Program-made: the position numbers and the translations under genes | Notes under the pieces: generated by a model | What the model was told of the DNA's origin: nothing | The model's input: the letters and a program-made list of their open reading frames with translations, nothing else | Database searches by the model: none | From: Utricularia gibba | Lineage: Eukaryota > Plantae > Magnoliophyta | Assembly: GCA_002189035.1 (NCBI GenBank) | Contig: NEEC01000489.1 | Coordinates: forward strand, 1-30,863 | Direction: 5' to 3' | DNA length: 30,863 nucleotides | Part shown: positions 1-14,619 of the stretch, piece by piece | Position numbering within the stretch: position 1 is the first letter of the stretch | How the letters are laid out: the number at the start of each line of letters is the position of its first letter

Positions 1-3000
1 ATCTGAAGGCTAATATAAGGCAATCTTTCGAGCATTTGTGCCTCCTCGGACGAACAAGTTCTCAACACGAAAGAAGACCGGCTCGGAACGAGCTTCGAAA
101 CGGTATGCTATGTGCAACATGACTCATCACATTTGCAAGATATCCACTCGATACCGAAGAGTGCACGAGGCCACCATGAGGTTGTGGCTAGGGACACACC
201 CATGGCATCTTAAATGATCATCTCGAAATCCAAATTTCACATCGTCCCATGAAATACATATGTCTTGCATGCCGAAAATCACATTCGCATCGAGTCGGGT
301 GTCCCGAGTCGCATCGTCGCGAACGTGGTGGCCACTTCGTTGCACATCTTAAGGCTAATATAAGGCAATCTTTCGAGCATTTGTGCCTCCTCGGACGAAC
401 AAGTTCTCAACACGAAAGAGACCGGCTCGGAACGAGCTTCGAAACGGTATGCTATGTGCAACATGACTCATCACCGTTTGCAAGATATCCACTCGATACC
501 GAAGAGTGCACGAGGCCACCATGAGGTTGTGGCTAGGGACACACCATGGCATCTTAAATGATCATCTCGAAATCCAAAATTTCACATCGTCCATGAAATA
601 CATATGTCTTGCATGCCGAAAATCACATTCGCATCGAGTCGGGTGTCCCGAGTCGCATCGTCGCGAACGTGGTGGCCACTTCGTTGCACATCTGAAGGCT
701 AATATAAGGCAATCTTTCGAGCATTTGTGCCTCCTCGACGAACAAGTTCTCAACACGAAAGAAGACCGGCTCGGAACGAGCTTCGAAACGGTATGCTATG
801 TGCAACATGACTCATCACCATTTGCAAGATATCCACTCGATACCGAAGAGTGCACGAGGCCACCATGAGGTTGTGGCTAGGGACACACCCATGGCATCTT
901 AAATGATCATCTCGAAATCCAAAAATTCACATCGTCCCATGAAATACATATGTCTTGCATGCCGAAAATCACATTCGCATCGAGTCGGGTGTCCCGAGTC
1001 GCATCGTCGCGAACGTGGTGGCCACTTCGTTGCACATCTTAAGGCTAATATAAGGCAATCTTTCGAGCATTTGTGCCTCCTCGGACGAACAAGTTCTCAA
1101 CACGAAAGAGACCGGCTCGGAACGAGCTTCGAAACGGTATGCTATGTGCAACATGACTCATCACCATTTGCAAGATATCCACTCGATACCGAAGAGTGCA
1201 CGAGGCCACCATGAGGTTGTGGCTAGGGACACACCATGGCATCTTAAATGATCATCTCGAAATCCAAAATTCACATCGTCCCATGAAATACATATGTCTT
1301 GCATGCAAAAATCACATTCGCATCGAGTCGGTGTCCCGAGTCGCATCGTCGCGAACGTGGTGGCCACTTCGTTGCACATCTGAAGGCTAATATAAGGCAA
1401 TCTTTCGAGCATTTGTGCCTCCTCGGACGAACAAGTTCTCAACACGAAAGAAGACCGGCTCGGAACGAGCTTCGAAACGGTATGCTATGTGCAACATGAC
1501 TCATCACCATTTGCAAGATATCCACTCGATACCGAAGAGTGCACGAGGCCACCATGAGGTTGTGGCTAGGGACACACCCATGGCATCTTAAATGATCATC
1601 TCGAAATCCAAATATTCACATCGTCCCATGAAATACATATGTCTTGCATGCCGAAAATCACATTCGCATCGAGTCGGGTGTCCCGAGTCGCATCGTCGCG
1701 AACGTGGTGGCCACTTCGTTGCACATCTGAAGGCTAATATAAGGCAATCTTTCGAGCATTTGTGCCTCTCGGACGAACAAGTTCTCAACACGAAAGAAAC
1801 GGCTCGGAACGAGCTTCGAAACGGTATGCTATGTGCAACATGACTCATCACCATTTGCAAGATATCCACTCGATACCGAAGAGTGCACGAGGCCACCATG
1901 AGGTTGTGGCTAGGGACACACCCATGGCATCTTAAATGATCATCTCGAAATCCAAAATTTTCACATCGTCCATGAAAATATGTCTTGCATGCCGAAAATC
2001 ACATTCGCATCGAGTCGGGTGTCCCGAGTCGCATCGTCGCGAACGTGGCCACTTCGTTGCACATCTAAGGCTAATATAAGGCAATCTTTCGAGCATTTGT
2101 GCCTCCTCGCGAACAAGTTCTCAACACGAAAGAGACCGGCTCGGAACGTATGTGCAACATGACTCATCACCGTTTGCAAGATATCCACTCGATACCGAAG
2201 AGTGCACGAGGCCACCATGAGGTTGTGGCTAGGGACACACCCATGGCATCTTAAATGATCATCTCGAAATCCAAAATTTCACATCGTCCCATGAAATACA
2301 TATGTCTTGCATGCCGAAAATCACATTCGCATCGAGTCGGGTGTCCCGAGTCGCATCGTCGCGAACGTGGTGGCCACTTCGTTGCACATCTGAAGGCTAA
2401 TATAAGGCAATCTTTCGAGCATTTGTGCCTCCTCGGACGAACAAGTTCTCAACACGAAAGAAGACCGGCTCGGAACGAGCTTCGAAACGGTATGCTATGT
2501 GCAACATGACTCATCACCGTTTGCAAGATATCCACTCGATACCGAAGAGTGCACGAGGCCACCATGAGGTTGTGGCTAGGGACACACCCATGGCATCTTA
2601 AATGATCATCTCGAAATAATTTCACATCGTCCCATGAAATACATATGTCTTGCATGCCGAAAATCACATTCGCATCGAGTCGGTGTCCCGAGTCGCATCG
2701 TCGCGAACGTGGTGGCCACTTCGTTGCACATCTGAAGGCTAATATAAGGCAATCTTTCGAGCATTTGTGCCTCCTCGGACGAACAAGTTCTCAACACGAA
2801 AGAAGACCGGCTCGGAACGAGCTTCGAAACGGTATGATATGCAACATGACTCATCACCATTTGCAAGATATCCACTCGATACCGAAGAGTGCACGAGGCC
2901 ACCATGAGGTTGTGGCTAGGGACACACCCATGGCATCTTAAATGATCATCTCGAAATCCAAATATTCACATCGTCCCATGAAATACATATGTCTTGCATG

Positions 3001-5648
3001 CCGAAAATCACATTCGCATCGAGTCGGGTGTCCCGAGTCGCATCGTCGCGAACGTGGTGGCCACTTCGTTGCACATCGGCTAATATAAGGCAATCTTTCG
3101 AGCATTTGTGCCTCCTCGGACGAACAAGTTCTCAACACGAAAGAAGACCGGCTCGGAACGAGCTTCGAAACGGTATGCTATGTGCAACATGACTCATCAC
3201 CGTTTGCAAGATATCCACTCGATACCGAAGAGTGCACGAGGCCACCATGAGGTTGTGGCTAGGGACACACCCATGGCATCTTAAATGATCATCTCGAAAT
3301 CCAAAATTCACATCGTCCCATGAAATACATATGTCTTGCATGCCGAAAATCACATTCGCATCGAGTCGGGTGTCCCGAGTCGCATCGTCGCGAACGTGTG
3401 GCCACTTCGTTGCACATCTTAAGGCTAATATAAGGCAATCTTTCGAGCATTTGTGCCTCCTCGGACGAACAAGTTCTCAACACGAAAGAAGACCGGCTCG
3501 GAACGAGCTTCGAAACGGTATGCTATGTGCAACATGACTCATCACCGTTTGCAAGATATCCACTCGATACCGAAGAGTGCACGAGGCCACCATGAGGTTG
3601 TGGCTAGGGACACACCCATGGCATCTTAAATGATCATCTCGAAATCCAAATATTCACATCGTCCCATGAAATACATATGTCTTGCATGCCGAAAATCACA
3701 TTCGCATCGAGTCGGGTGTCCCGAGTCGCATCGTCGCGAACGTGGTGGCCACTTCGTTGCACATCTGAAGGCTAATATAAGGCAATCTTTCGAGCATTTG
3801 TGCCTCCTCGGACGAACAAGTTCTCAACACGAAAGAAGACCGGCTCGGAACGAGCTTCGAAACGGTATGCTATGTGCAACATGACTCATCACCATTTGCA
3901 AGATATCCACTCGATACCGAAGAGTGCACGAGGCCACCATGAGGTTGTGGCTAGGGACACACCCATGCATCTTAAATGATCATCTCGAAATCCAAATATT
4001 CACATCGTCCCATGAAATACATATGTCTTGCATGCCGAAAATCACATTCGCATCGAGTCGGGTGTCCCGAGTCGCATCGTCGCGAACGTGTGGCCACTTC
4101 GTTGCACATCTGAAGGCTAATATAAGGCAATCTTTCGAGCATTTGTGCCCTCGGACGAACAAGTTCTCAACGAAAGAGACCGGCTCGGAACGCTCAACAT
4201 GACTCATCACCGTTTGCAAGATATCCACTCGATACCGAAGAGTGCACGAGGCCACCATGAGGTTGTGGCTAGGGACACACCCATGGCATCTTAAATGATC
4301 ATCTCGAAATCCAAATTTCACATCGTCCCATGAAATACATATGTCTTGCATGCCGAAAATCACATTCGCATCGAGTCGGGTGTCCCGAGTCGCATCGTCG
4401 CGAACGTGGTGGCCACTTCGTTGCACATCTGAAGGCTAATATAAGGCAATCTTTCGAGCATTTGTGCCTCCTCGGACGAACAAGTTCTCAACACGAAAGA
4501 AGACCGGCTCGGAACGAGCTTCGAAACGGTATGCTATGTGCAACATGACTCATCACCATTTGCAAGATATCCACTCGATACCGAAGAGTGCACGAGGCCA
4601 CCATGAGGTTGTGGCTAGGGACACACCCATGGCATCTTAAATGATCATCTCGAAATCCAAAATTCACATCGTCCCATGAAATACATATGTCTTGCATGCC
4701 GAAAATCACATTCGCATCGAGTCGGTGTCCCGAGTCGCATCGTCGCGAACGTGGTGGCCACTTCGTTGCACATCTGAAGGCTAATATAAGGCAATCTTTC
4801 GAGCATTTGTGCCTCCTCGGACGAACAAGTTCTCAACACGAAAGAGACCGGCTCGGATATGTGCAACATGACTCATCACCGTTTGCAAGATATCCACTCG
4901 ATACCGAAGAGTGCACGAGGCCACCATGAGGTTGTGGCTAGGGACACACCCATGGCATCTTAAATGATCATCTCGAAATCCAAATTCACATCGTCCCATG
5001 AAATACATATGTCTTGCATGCCGAAAATCACATTCGCATCGAGTCGGGTGTCCCGAGTCGCATCGTCGCGAACGTGGTGGCCACTTCGTTGCACATCTGA
5101 AGGCTAATATAAGGCAATCTTTCGAGCATTGTGCCTCCTCGGACGAACAAGTTCTCAACACGAAAGAAGACCGGCTCGGAACGAGCTTCGAAACGGTATG
5201 CTATGTGCAATGACTCATCACCATTTGCAAGATATCCACTCGATACCGAAGAGTGCACGAGGCCACCATGAGGTTGTGGCTAGGGACACACCCATGGCAT
5301 CTTAAATGATCATCTCGAAATCCAAATATTCACATCGTCCCATGAAATACATATGTCTTGCATGCCGAAAATCACATTCGCATCGAGTCGGGTGTCCCGA
5401 GTCGCATCGTCGCGAACGTGTGGCCACTTCGTTGCACATCTTAAGGCTAATATAAGGCAATCTTTCGAGCATTTGTGCCTCCTCGGACGAACAAGTTCTC
5501 AAACGAAAGAAGACCGGCTCGGAACGAGCTTCGAAACGGTATGCTATGTGCAACATGACTCATCACCGTTTGCAAGATATCCACTCGATACCGAAGAGTG
5601 CACGAGGCCACCATGAGGTTGTGGCTAGGGACACACCCATGGCATCTT

Positions 5649-5919
5649 AAATGATCATCTCGAAATCCAAATTTCACATCGTCCCATGAAATACATATGT
5701 CTTGCATGCCGAAAATCACATTCGCATCGAGTCGGGTGTCCCGAGTCGCATCGTCGCGAACGTGTGGCCACTTCGTTGCACATCTTAAGGCTAATATAAG
5801 GCAATCTTTCGAGCATTTGTGCCTCCTCGGACGAACAAGTTCTCAACACGAAAGGACCGGCTCGGAAAACATGGCGAAAACGAGTGCACATGACGTTGTG
5901 GACACACCCATGGCATCTT
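5649..5919 (+). repeat. Strongly shortened monomer U17 (271 bp)
   Basis: First ~205 bp match consensus; second half collapsed; GTTGTGG|ACACACC junction at 5895-5908. Partner is U61. Confidence 0.8.
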
Positions 5920-7633
5920 AAATGATCATCTCGAAATCCAAATATTCACATCGTCCCATGAAATACATATGTCTTGCATGCCGAAAATCACATTCGCATC
6001 GAGTCGGGTGTCCCGAGTCGCATCGTCGCGAACGTGTGGCCACTTCGTTGCACATCTTAAGGCTAATATAAGGCAATCTTTCGAGCATTTGTGCCTCCTC
6101 GGACGAACAAGTTCTCAACACGAAAAGACCGGCTCGGAACGAGCTTCGAAACGGTATGCTATGTGCAACATGACTCATCACCATTTGCAAGATATCCACT
6201 CGATACCGAAGAGTGCACGAGGCCACCATGAGGTTGTGGCTAGGGACACACCCATGGCATCTTAAATGATCATCTCGAAATCCAAATATTCACATCGTCC
6301 CATGAAATACATATGTCTTGCATGCCGAAAATCACATTCGCATCGAGTCGGGTGTCCCGAGTCGCATCGTCGCGAACGTGTGGCCACTTCGTTGCACATC
6401 TTAAGGCTAATATAAGGCAATCTTTCGAGCATTTGTGCCTCCTCGGACGAACAAGTTCTCAACACGAAAGAGACCGGCTCGGAACGAGCTTCGAAACGGT
6501 ATGCTATGTGCAACATGACTCATCACCATTTGCAAGATATCCACTCGATACCGAAGAGTGCACGAGGCCACCATGAGGTTGTGGCTAGGGACACACCCAT
6601 GGCATCTTAAATGATCATCTCGAAATCCAAATATTCACATCGTCCCATGAAATACATATGTCTTGCATGCCGAAAATCACATTCGCATCGAGTCGGGTGT
6701 CCCGAGTCGCATCGTCGCGAACGTGGTGGCCACTTCGTTGCACATCTGAAGGCTAATATAAGGCAATCTTTCGAGCATTTGTGCCTCCTCGGACTTCTCA
6801 ACACGAAAGAAGACCGGCTCGAACGAGCTTCGAAACGGTATGCTATGTGCAACATGACTCATCACCATTTGCAAGATATCCACTCGATACCGAAGAGTGC
6901 ACGAGGCCACCATGAGGTTGTGGCTAGGGACACACCCATGGCATCTTAAATGATCATCTCGAAATCCAAATTTTCACATCGTCCCATGAAATACATATGT
7001 CTTGCATGCAAAAATCACATTCGCATCGAGTCGGTGTCCCGAGTCGCATCGTCGCGAACGTGTGGCCACTTCGTTGCACATCTGAAGGCTAATATAAGGC
7101 AATCTTTCGAGCATTTGTGCCTCCTCGGACGAACAAGTTCTCAACAAAGAAGACCGGCTCGGAACGAGCTTCGAAACGGTATGATATGTGCAACATGACT
7201 CATCACCATTTGCAAGATATCCACTCGATACCGAAGAGTGCACGAGGCCACCATGAGGTTGTGGCTAGGGACACACCCATGGCATCTTAAATGATCATCT
7301 CGAAATCCAAATTTCACATCGTCCCATGAAATACATATGTCTTGCATGCCGAAAATCACATTCGCATCGAGTCGGGTGTCCCGAGTCGCATCGTCGCGAA
7401 CGTGTGGCCACTTCGTTGCACATCTTAAGGCTAATATAAGGCAATCTTTCGAGCATTTGTGCCTCCTCGGACGAACAAGTTCTCAACACGAAAGAAGACC
7501 GGCTCGGAACGAGCTTCGAAACGGTATGCTATGTGCAACATGACTCATCACCGTTTGCAAGATATCCACTCGATACCGAAGAGTGCACGAGCCCACCATG
7601 AGGTTGTGGCTAGGGACACACCCATGGCATCTT

Positions 7634-7928
7634 AAATGATCATCTCGAAATCCAAATTTCACATCGTCCATGAAATAATATGTCTTGCATGCCGAAAATC
7701 ACATTCGCATCGAGTCGGGTGTCCCGAGTCGCATCGTCGCGAACGTGTGGCCACTTCGTTGCACATCTTAAGGCTAATATAAGGCAATCTTTCGAGCATT
7801 TGTGCCTCCTCGACGAACAAGTTCTCAACACGAAAAAGAACGAGCTCGAACGCTATGTGCAACATGACTCATCACCATTTGCGCAAGAGTGCACGAGACC
7901 ATGGTTGTGGACACACCCATGGCATCTT
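7634..7928 (+). repeat. Strongly shortened monomer U23 (295 bp)
   Basis: Carries the GAACG|CTATG junction (7848-7857), loses the GATATC region, and has GTTGTGG|ACACACC (7904-7917). Partner is U67. Confidence 0.8.
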
Positions 7929-9655
7929 AAATGATCATCTCGAAATCCAAATATTCACATCGTCCCATGAAATACATATGTCTTGCATGCCGAAAATCAC
8001 ATTCGCATCGAGTCGGGTGTCCCGAGTCGCATCGTCGCGAACGTGTGGCCACTTCGTTGCACATCTTAAGGCTAATATAAGGCAATCTTTCGAGCATTTG
8101 TGCCTCCTCGGACGAACAAGTTCTCAACACGAAAGAAGACCGGCTCGGAACGAGCTTCGAAACGGTATGCTATGTGCAACATGACTCATCACCATTTGCA
8201 AGATATCCACTCGATACCGAAGAGTGCACGAGGCCACCATGAGGTTGTGGCTAGGGACACACCCATGGCATCTTAAATGATCATCTCGAAATCCAAATAT
8301 TCACATCGTCCCATGAAATACATATGTCTTGCATGCCGAAAATCACATTCGCATCGAGTCGGTGTCCCGAGTCGCATCGTCGCGAACGTGGTGGCCACTT
8401 CGTTGCACTTCTGAAGGCTAATATAAGGCAATCTTTCGAGCATTTGTGCCTCCTCGGACGAACAAGTTCTCAACACGAAAGAGACCGGCTCGGAACGAGC
8501 TTCGAAACGGTATGCTATGTGCAACATGACTCATCACCATTTGCAAGATATCCACTCGATACCGAAGAGTGCACGAGGCCACCATGAGGTTGTGGCTAGG
8601 GACACACCCATGGCATCTTAAATGATCATCTCGAAATCCAAATATTCACATCGTCCCATGAAATACATATGTCTTGCATGCCGAAAATCACATTCGCATC
8701 GAGTCGGGTGTCCCGAGTCGCATCGTCGCGAACGTGGTGGCCACTTCGTTGCACATCTGAAGGCTAATATAAGGCAATCTTTCGAGCATTTGTGCCTCCT
8801 CGGACGAACAAGTTCTCAACACGAAAGAAGACCGGCTCGGAACGAGCTTCGAAACGGTATGCTATGTGCAACATGACTCATCACCATTTGCAAGATATCC
8901 ACTCGATACCGAAGAGTGCACGAGGCCATGATGAGGTTGTGGCTAGGGACACACCCATGGCATCTTAAATGATCATCTCGAAATCCAAATTTCACATCGT
9001 CCCATGAAATAAATATGTCTTGCATGCAAAAATCACATTCGCATCGAGTCGGTGTCCCGAGTCGCATCGTCGCGAACGTGTGGCCACTTCGTTGCACATC
9101 TGAAGGCTAATATAAGGCAATCTTTCGAGCATTTGTGCCTCCTCGGACGAACAAGTTCTCAAAACGAAAAGAAGACCGGCTCGGAACGAGCTTCGAAACG
9201 GTATGCTATGTGCAACATGACTCATCACCATTTGCAAGATATCCACTCGATACCGAAGAGTGCACGAGGCACCATGAGGTTGTGGCTAGGGACACACCCA
9301 TGGCATCTTAAATGATCATCTCGAAATCCAAATATTCACATCGTCCCATGAAATACATATGTCTTGCATGCCGAAAATCACATTCGCATCGAGTCGGGTG
9401 TCCCGAGTCGCATCGTCGCGAACGTGTGGCCACTTCGTTGCACATCTTAAGGCTAATATAAGGCAATCTTTCGAGCATTTGTGCCTCCTCGGACGAACAA
9501 GTTCTCAACACGAAAGAAGACCGGCTCGGAACGAGCTTCGAAACGGTATGCTATGTGCAACATGACTCATCACCGTTTGCAAGATATCCACTCGATACCG
9601 AAGAGTGCACGAGGCCACCATGAGGTTGTGGCTAGGGACACACCCATGGCATCTT

Positions 9656-9917
9656 AAATGATCATCTCGAAATCCAAATTTCACATCGTCCCATGAAATA
9701 ATATGTCTTGCATGCCGAAAATCACATTCGCATCGAGTCGGGTGTCCCGAGTCGCATCGTCGCGAACGTGTGGCCACTTCGTTGCACATCTTAAGGCTAA
9801 TATAAGGCAATCTTTCGAGCATTTGTGCCTCCTCGGACGAACAAGTTCTCAACACGAAAGAGACTTAAACGCAATCTAGTGCACAGACCATGAGTTGTGG
9901 ACACACCATGGCATCTT
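9656..9917 (+). repeat. Strongly shortened monomer U29 (262 bp)
   Basis: Second half collapsed; GTTGTGG|ACACACC at 9894-9907. Partner is U73. Confidence 0.8.
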
Positions 9918-12900
9918 AAATGATCATCTCGAAATCCAAATATTCACATCGTCCCATGAAATACATATGTCTTGCATGCCGAAAATCACATTCGCATCGA
10001 GTCGGGTGTCCCGAGTCGCATCGTCGCGAACGTGTGGCCACTTCGTTGCACATCTTAAGGCTAATATAAGGCAATCTTTCGAGCATTTGTGCCTCCTCGG
10101 ACGAACAAGTTCTCAACACGAAAGAGACCGGCTCGGAACGAGCTTCGAAACGGTATGCTATGTGCAACATGACTCATCACCATTTGCAAGATATCCACTC
10201 GATACCGAAGAGTGCACGAGGCCACCATGAGGTTGTGGCTAGGGACACCCATGGCATCTTAAATGATCATCTCGAAATCCAAATATTCACATCGTCCCAT
10301 GAAATACATATGTCTTGCATGCCGAAAATCACATTCGCATCGAGTCGGTGTCCCGAGTCGCATCGTCGCGAACGTGGTGGCCACTTCGTTGCACATCTTA
10401 AGGCTAATATAAGGCAATCTTTCGAGCATTTGTGCCTCCTCGGACGAACAAGTTCTCAACACGAAAGAAGACCGGCTCGGAACGAGCTTCGAAACGGTAT
10501 GCTATGTGCAACATGACTCATCACCATTTGCAAGATATCCACTCGATACCGAAGAGTGCACGAGGCCACCATGAGGTTGTGGCTAGGGACACCCCATGGC
10601 ATCTTAAATGATCATCTCGAAATCCAAATATTCACATCGTCCCATGAAATACATATGTCTTGCATGCCGAAAATCACATTCGCATCGAGTCGGGTGTCCC
10701 GAGTCGCATCGTCGCGAACGTGGTGGCCACTTCGTTGCACATCTGAAGGCTAATATAAGGCAATCTTTCGAGCATTTGTGCCTCCTCGGACGAACAAGTT
10801 CTCAACACGAAAGAAGACCGGCTCGAACGAGCTTCGAAACGGTATGCTATGTGCAACATGACTCATCACCATTTGCAAGATATCCACTCGATACCGAAGA
10901 GTGCACGAGGCCACCATGAGGTTGTGGCTAGGGACACACCCATGGCATCTTAAATGATCATCTCGAAATCCAAATTTCACATCGTCCCATGAAATACATA
11001 TGTCTTGCATGCAAAAATCACATTCGCATCGAGTCGGGTGTCCCGAGTCGCATCGTCGCGAACGTGGTGGCCACTTCGTTGCACATCTGAAGGCTAATAT
11101 AAGGCAATCTTTCGAGCATTTGTGCCTCCTCGGACGAACAAGTTCTCAACACGAAAGAAGACCGGCTCGAACGCTTCGAAACGGTATGCTATGTGCAACA
11201 TGACTCATCACCATTTGCAAGATATCCACTCGATACCGAAGAGTGCACGAGGCCACCATGAGGTTGTGGCTAGGGACACACCCATGGCATCTTAAATGAT
11301 CATCTCGAAATCCAAATTTCACATCGTCCCATGAAATACATATGTCTTGCATGCCGAAAATCACATTCGCATCGAGTCGGGTGTCCCGAGTCGCATCGTC
11401 GCGAACGTGTGGCCACTTCGTTGCACATCTTAAGGCTAACAATCTTTCGAGCATTTGTGCCTCCTCTGCAAAAGACGGGTATCGGAACGAGCTTCGAAAC
11501 GGTATGCTATGTGCAACATGACTCATCACGTTTGCAAGATATCCACTCGATACCGAAGAGTGCACGAGGCCACCATGAGGTTGTGGCTAGGGACACACCC
11601 ATGGCATCTTAAATGATCATCTCGAAATCCAAATTTCACATCGTCCCATGAAATACATATGTCTTGCATGCCGAAAATCACATTCGCATCGAGTCGGGTG
11701 TCCCGAGTCGCATCGTCGCGAACGTGGTGGCCACTTCGTTGCACATCTGAAGGCTAATATAAGGCAATCTTTCGAGCATTTGTGCCTCCTCGGACGAACA
11801 AGTTCTCAACACGAAAGAAGACCGGCTCGAACGAGCTTCGAAACGGTATGCTATGTGCAACATGACTCATCACCATTTGCAAGATATCCACTCGATACCG
11901 AAGAGTGCACGAGGCCACCATGAGGTTGTGGCTAGGGACACACCCATGGCATCTTAAATGATATCTCGAAAAATTTCACATCGTCCCATGAAATACATAT
12001 GTCTTGCATGCGAAAATCACATTCGCATCGAGTCGGGTGTCCCGAGTCGCATCGTCGCGAACGTGTGGCCACTTCGTTGCACATCTTAAGGCTAATAAAG
12101 GCAATCTTTCGAGCATTTGTGCCTCCTCGGACGAACAAGTTCTCAACACGAAAGAGACCGGCTCGAACGCTATGTGCAACATGACTCATCACCGTTTGCA
12201 AGATATCCACTCGATACCGAAGAGTGCACGAGGCCACCATGAGGTTGTGGCTAGGGACACACCCATGGCATCTTAAATGATCATCTCGAAATCCAAATAT
12301 TCACATCGTCCCATGAAATACATATGTCTTGCATGCCGAAAATCACATTCGCATCGAGTCGGGTGTCCCGAGTCGCATCGTCGCGAACGTGTGGCCACTT
12401 CGTTGCACATCTTAAGGCTAATATAAGGCAATCTTTCGAGCATTTGTGCCTCCTCGGACGAACAAGTTCTCAACACGAAAGTAACCGGCTCGGAACGAGC
12501 TTCGAAACGGTATGCTATGTGCAACATGACTCATCACCATTTGCAAGATATCCACTCGATACCGAAGAGTGCACGAGGCCACCATGAGGGTTGTGGCTAG
12601 GGACACACCCATGGCATCTTAAATGATCATCTCGAAATCCAAATATTCACATCGTCCCATGAAATACATATGTCTTGCATGCCGAAAATCACATTCGCAT
12701 CGAGTCGGTGTCCCGAGTCGCATCGTCGCGAACGTGGTGGCCACTTCGTTGCACATCTGGGCTAATATAAGGCAATCTTTCGAGCATTTGTGCCTCCTCG
12801 GACGAACAAGTTCTCAACACGAAAGAAGACCGGCTCGGAACGAGCTTCGAAACGGTATGCTATGTGCAACATGACTCATCACCATTTGCAAGATATCCAC

Positions 12901-14291
12901 TCGATACCGAAGAGTGCACGAGGCCACCATGAGGTTGTGGCTAGGGACACACCCATGGCATCTTAAATGATCATCTCGAAATCCAAATATTCACATCGTC
13001 CCATGAAATACATATGTCTTGCATGCCGAAAATCACATTCGCATCGAGTCGGGTGTCCCGAGTCGCATCGTCGCGAACGTGGTGGCCACTTCGTTGCACA
13101 TCTGAAGGCTAATATAAGGCAATCTTTCGAGCATTTGTGCCTCCTCGGACGAACAAGTTCTCAACACGAAAGAAGACCGGCTCGAACGAGCTTCGAAACG
13201 GTATGCTATGTGCAACATGACTCATCACCATTTGCAAGATATCCACTCGATACCGAAGAGTGCACGAGGCCCACATGAGGTTGTGGCTAGGGACACACCC
13301 ATGGCATCTTAAATGATCATCTCGAAATCCAAATTTCACATCGTCCCATGAAATACATATGTCTTGCATGCGAAAATCACATTCGCATCGAGTCGGGTGT
13401 CCCGAGTCGCATCGTCCACTCGGCTAATTCTTTCGAGCAATGTTAACAAGCGAGCACACGAAAGAAAGAAGACGGCTCGGAACGAGCTTCGAAACGGTAT
13501 GATATGTGCAACATGACTCATCACCGTTTGCAAGATATCCACTCGATACCGAAGAGTGCACGAGGCCACCATGAGGTTGTGGCTAGGGACACACCATGGC
13601 ATCTTAAATGATCATCTCGAAATCCAAATTTCACATCGTCCCATGAAATACATATGTCTTGCATGCAAAAATCACATTCGCATCGAGTCGGGTGTCCCGA
13701 GTCGCATCGTCGCGAACGTGGTGGCCACTTCGTTGCACATCTGAAGGCTAATATAAGGCAATCTTTCGAGCATTTGTGCCTCCTCGGACGAACAAGTTCT
13801 CAACACGAAAGAAGACCGGCTCGAACGAGCTTCGAAACGGTATGCTATGTGCAACATGACTCATCACCATTTGCAAGATATCCACTCGATACCGAAGAGT
13901 GCACGAGGCCACCATGAGGTTGTGGCTAGGGACACACCATGGCATCTTAAATGATCATCTCGAAATCTGAAATTTCACATCGTCCATGAAATAATATGTC
14001 TTGCATGCCGAAAATCACATTCGCATCGAGTCGGTGTCCCGAGTCGCATCGTCGCGAACGTGGTGGCCACTTCGTTGCACATCTTAAGGCTAATATAAGG
14101 CAATCTTTCGAGCATTTGTGCCTCCTCGGACGAACAAGTTCTCAACACGAAAGAAGACCGGCTCGAACGAGCTTCGAAACGGTATGCTATGTGCAACATG
14201 ACTCATCACCATTTGCAAGATATCCACTCGATACCGAAGAGTGCACGAGGCCACCATGAGGTTGTGGCTAGGGACACACCCATGGCATCTT

Positions 14292-14619
14292 AAATGATCA
14301 TCTCGAAATCCAAATATTCACATCGTCCCATGAAATACATATGTCTTGCATGCCGAAAATCACATTCGCATCGAGTCGGGTGTCCCGAGTCGCATCGTCG
14401 CGAACGTTGTGGCCACTTCGTTGCACATCTTAAGGCTAATATAAGGCAATCTTTCGAGCATTTGTGCCTCCTCGGACGAACAAGTTCTCAACACGAAAGA
14501 GACCGGCTCGGAACGCTATGTGCAACATGACTCATCACCGTTTGCAAGATATCCACTCGATACGAAGAGTGCACGAGGCCACCATGAGGTTGTGGCTAGG
14601 GACACACCCATGGCATCTT
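14292..14619 (+). repeat. Example deletion-type (Y) monomer U43, 328 bp, lacking AGCTTCGAAACGGTATG
   Basis: Junction GAACG|CTATG at 14511-14520; the same junction recurs in several other short monomers. Confidence 0.8.
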
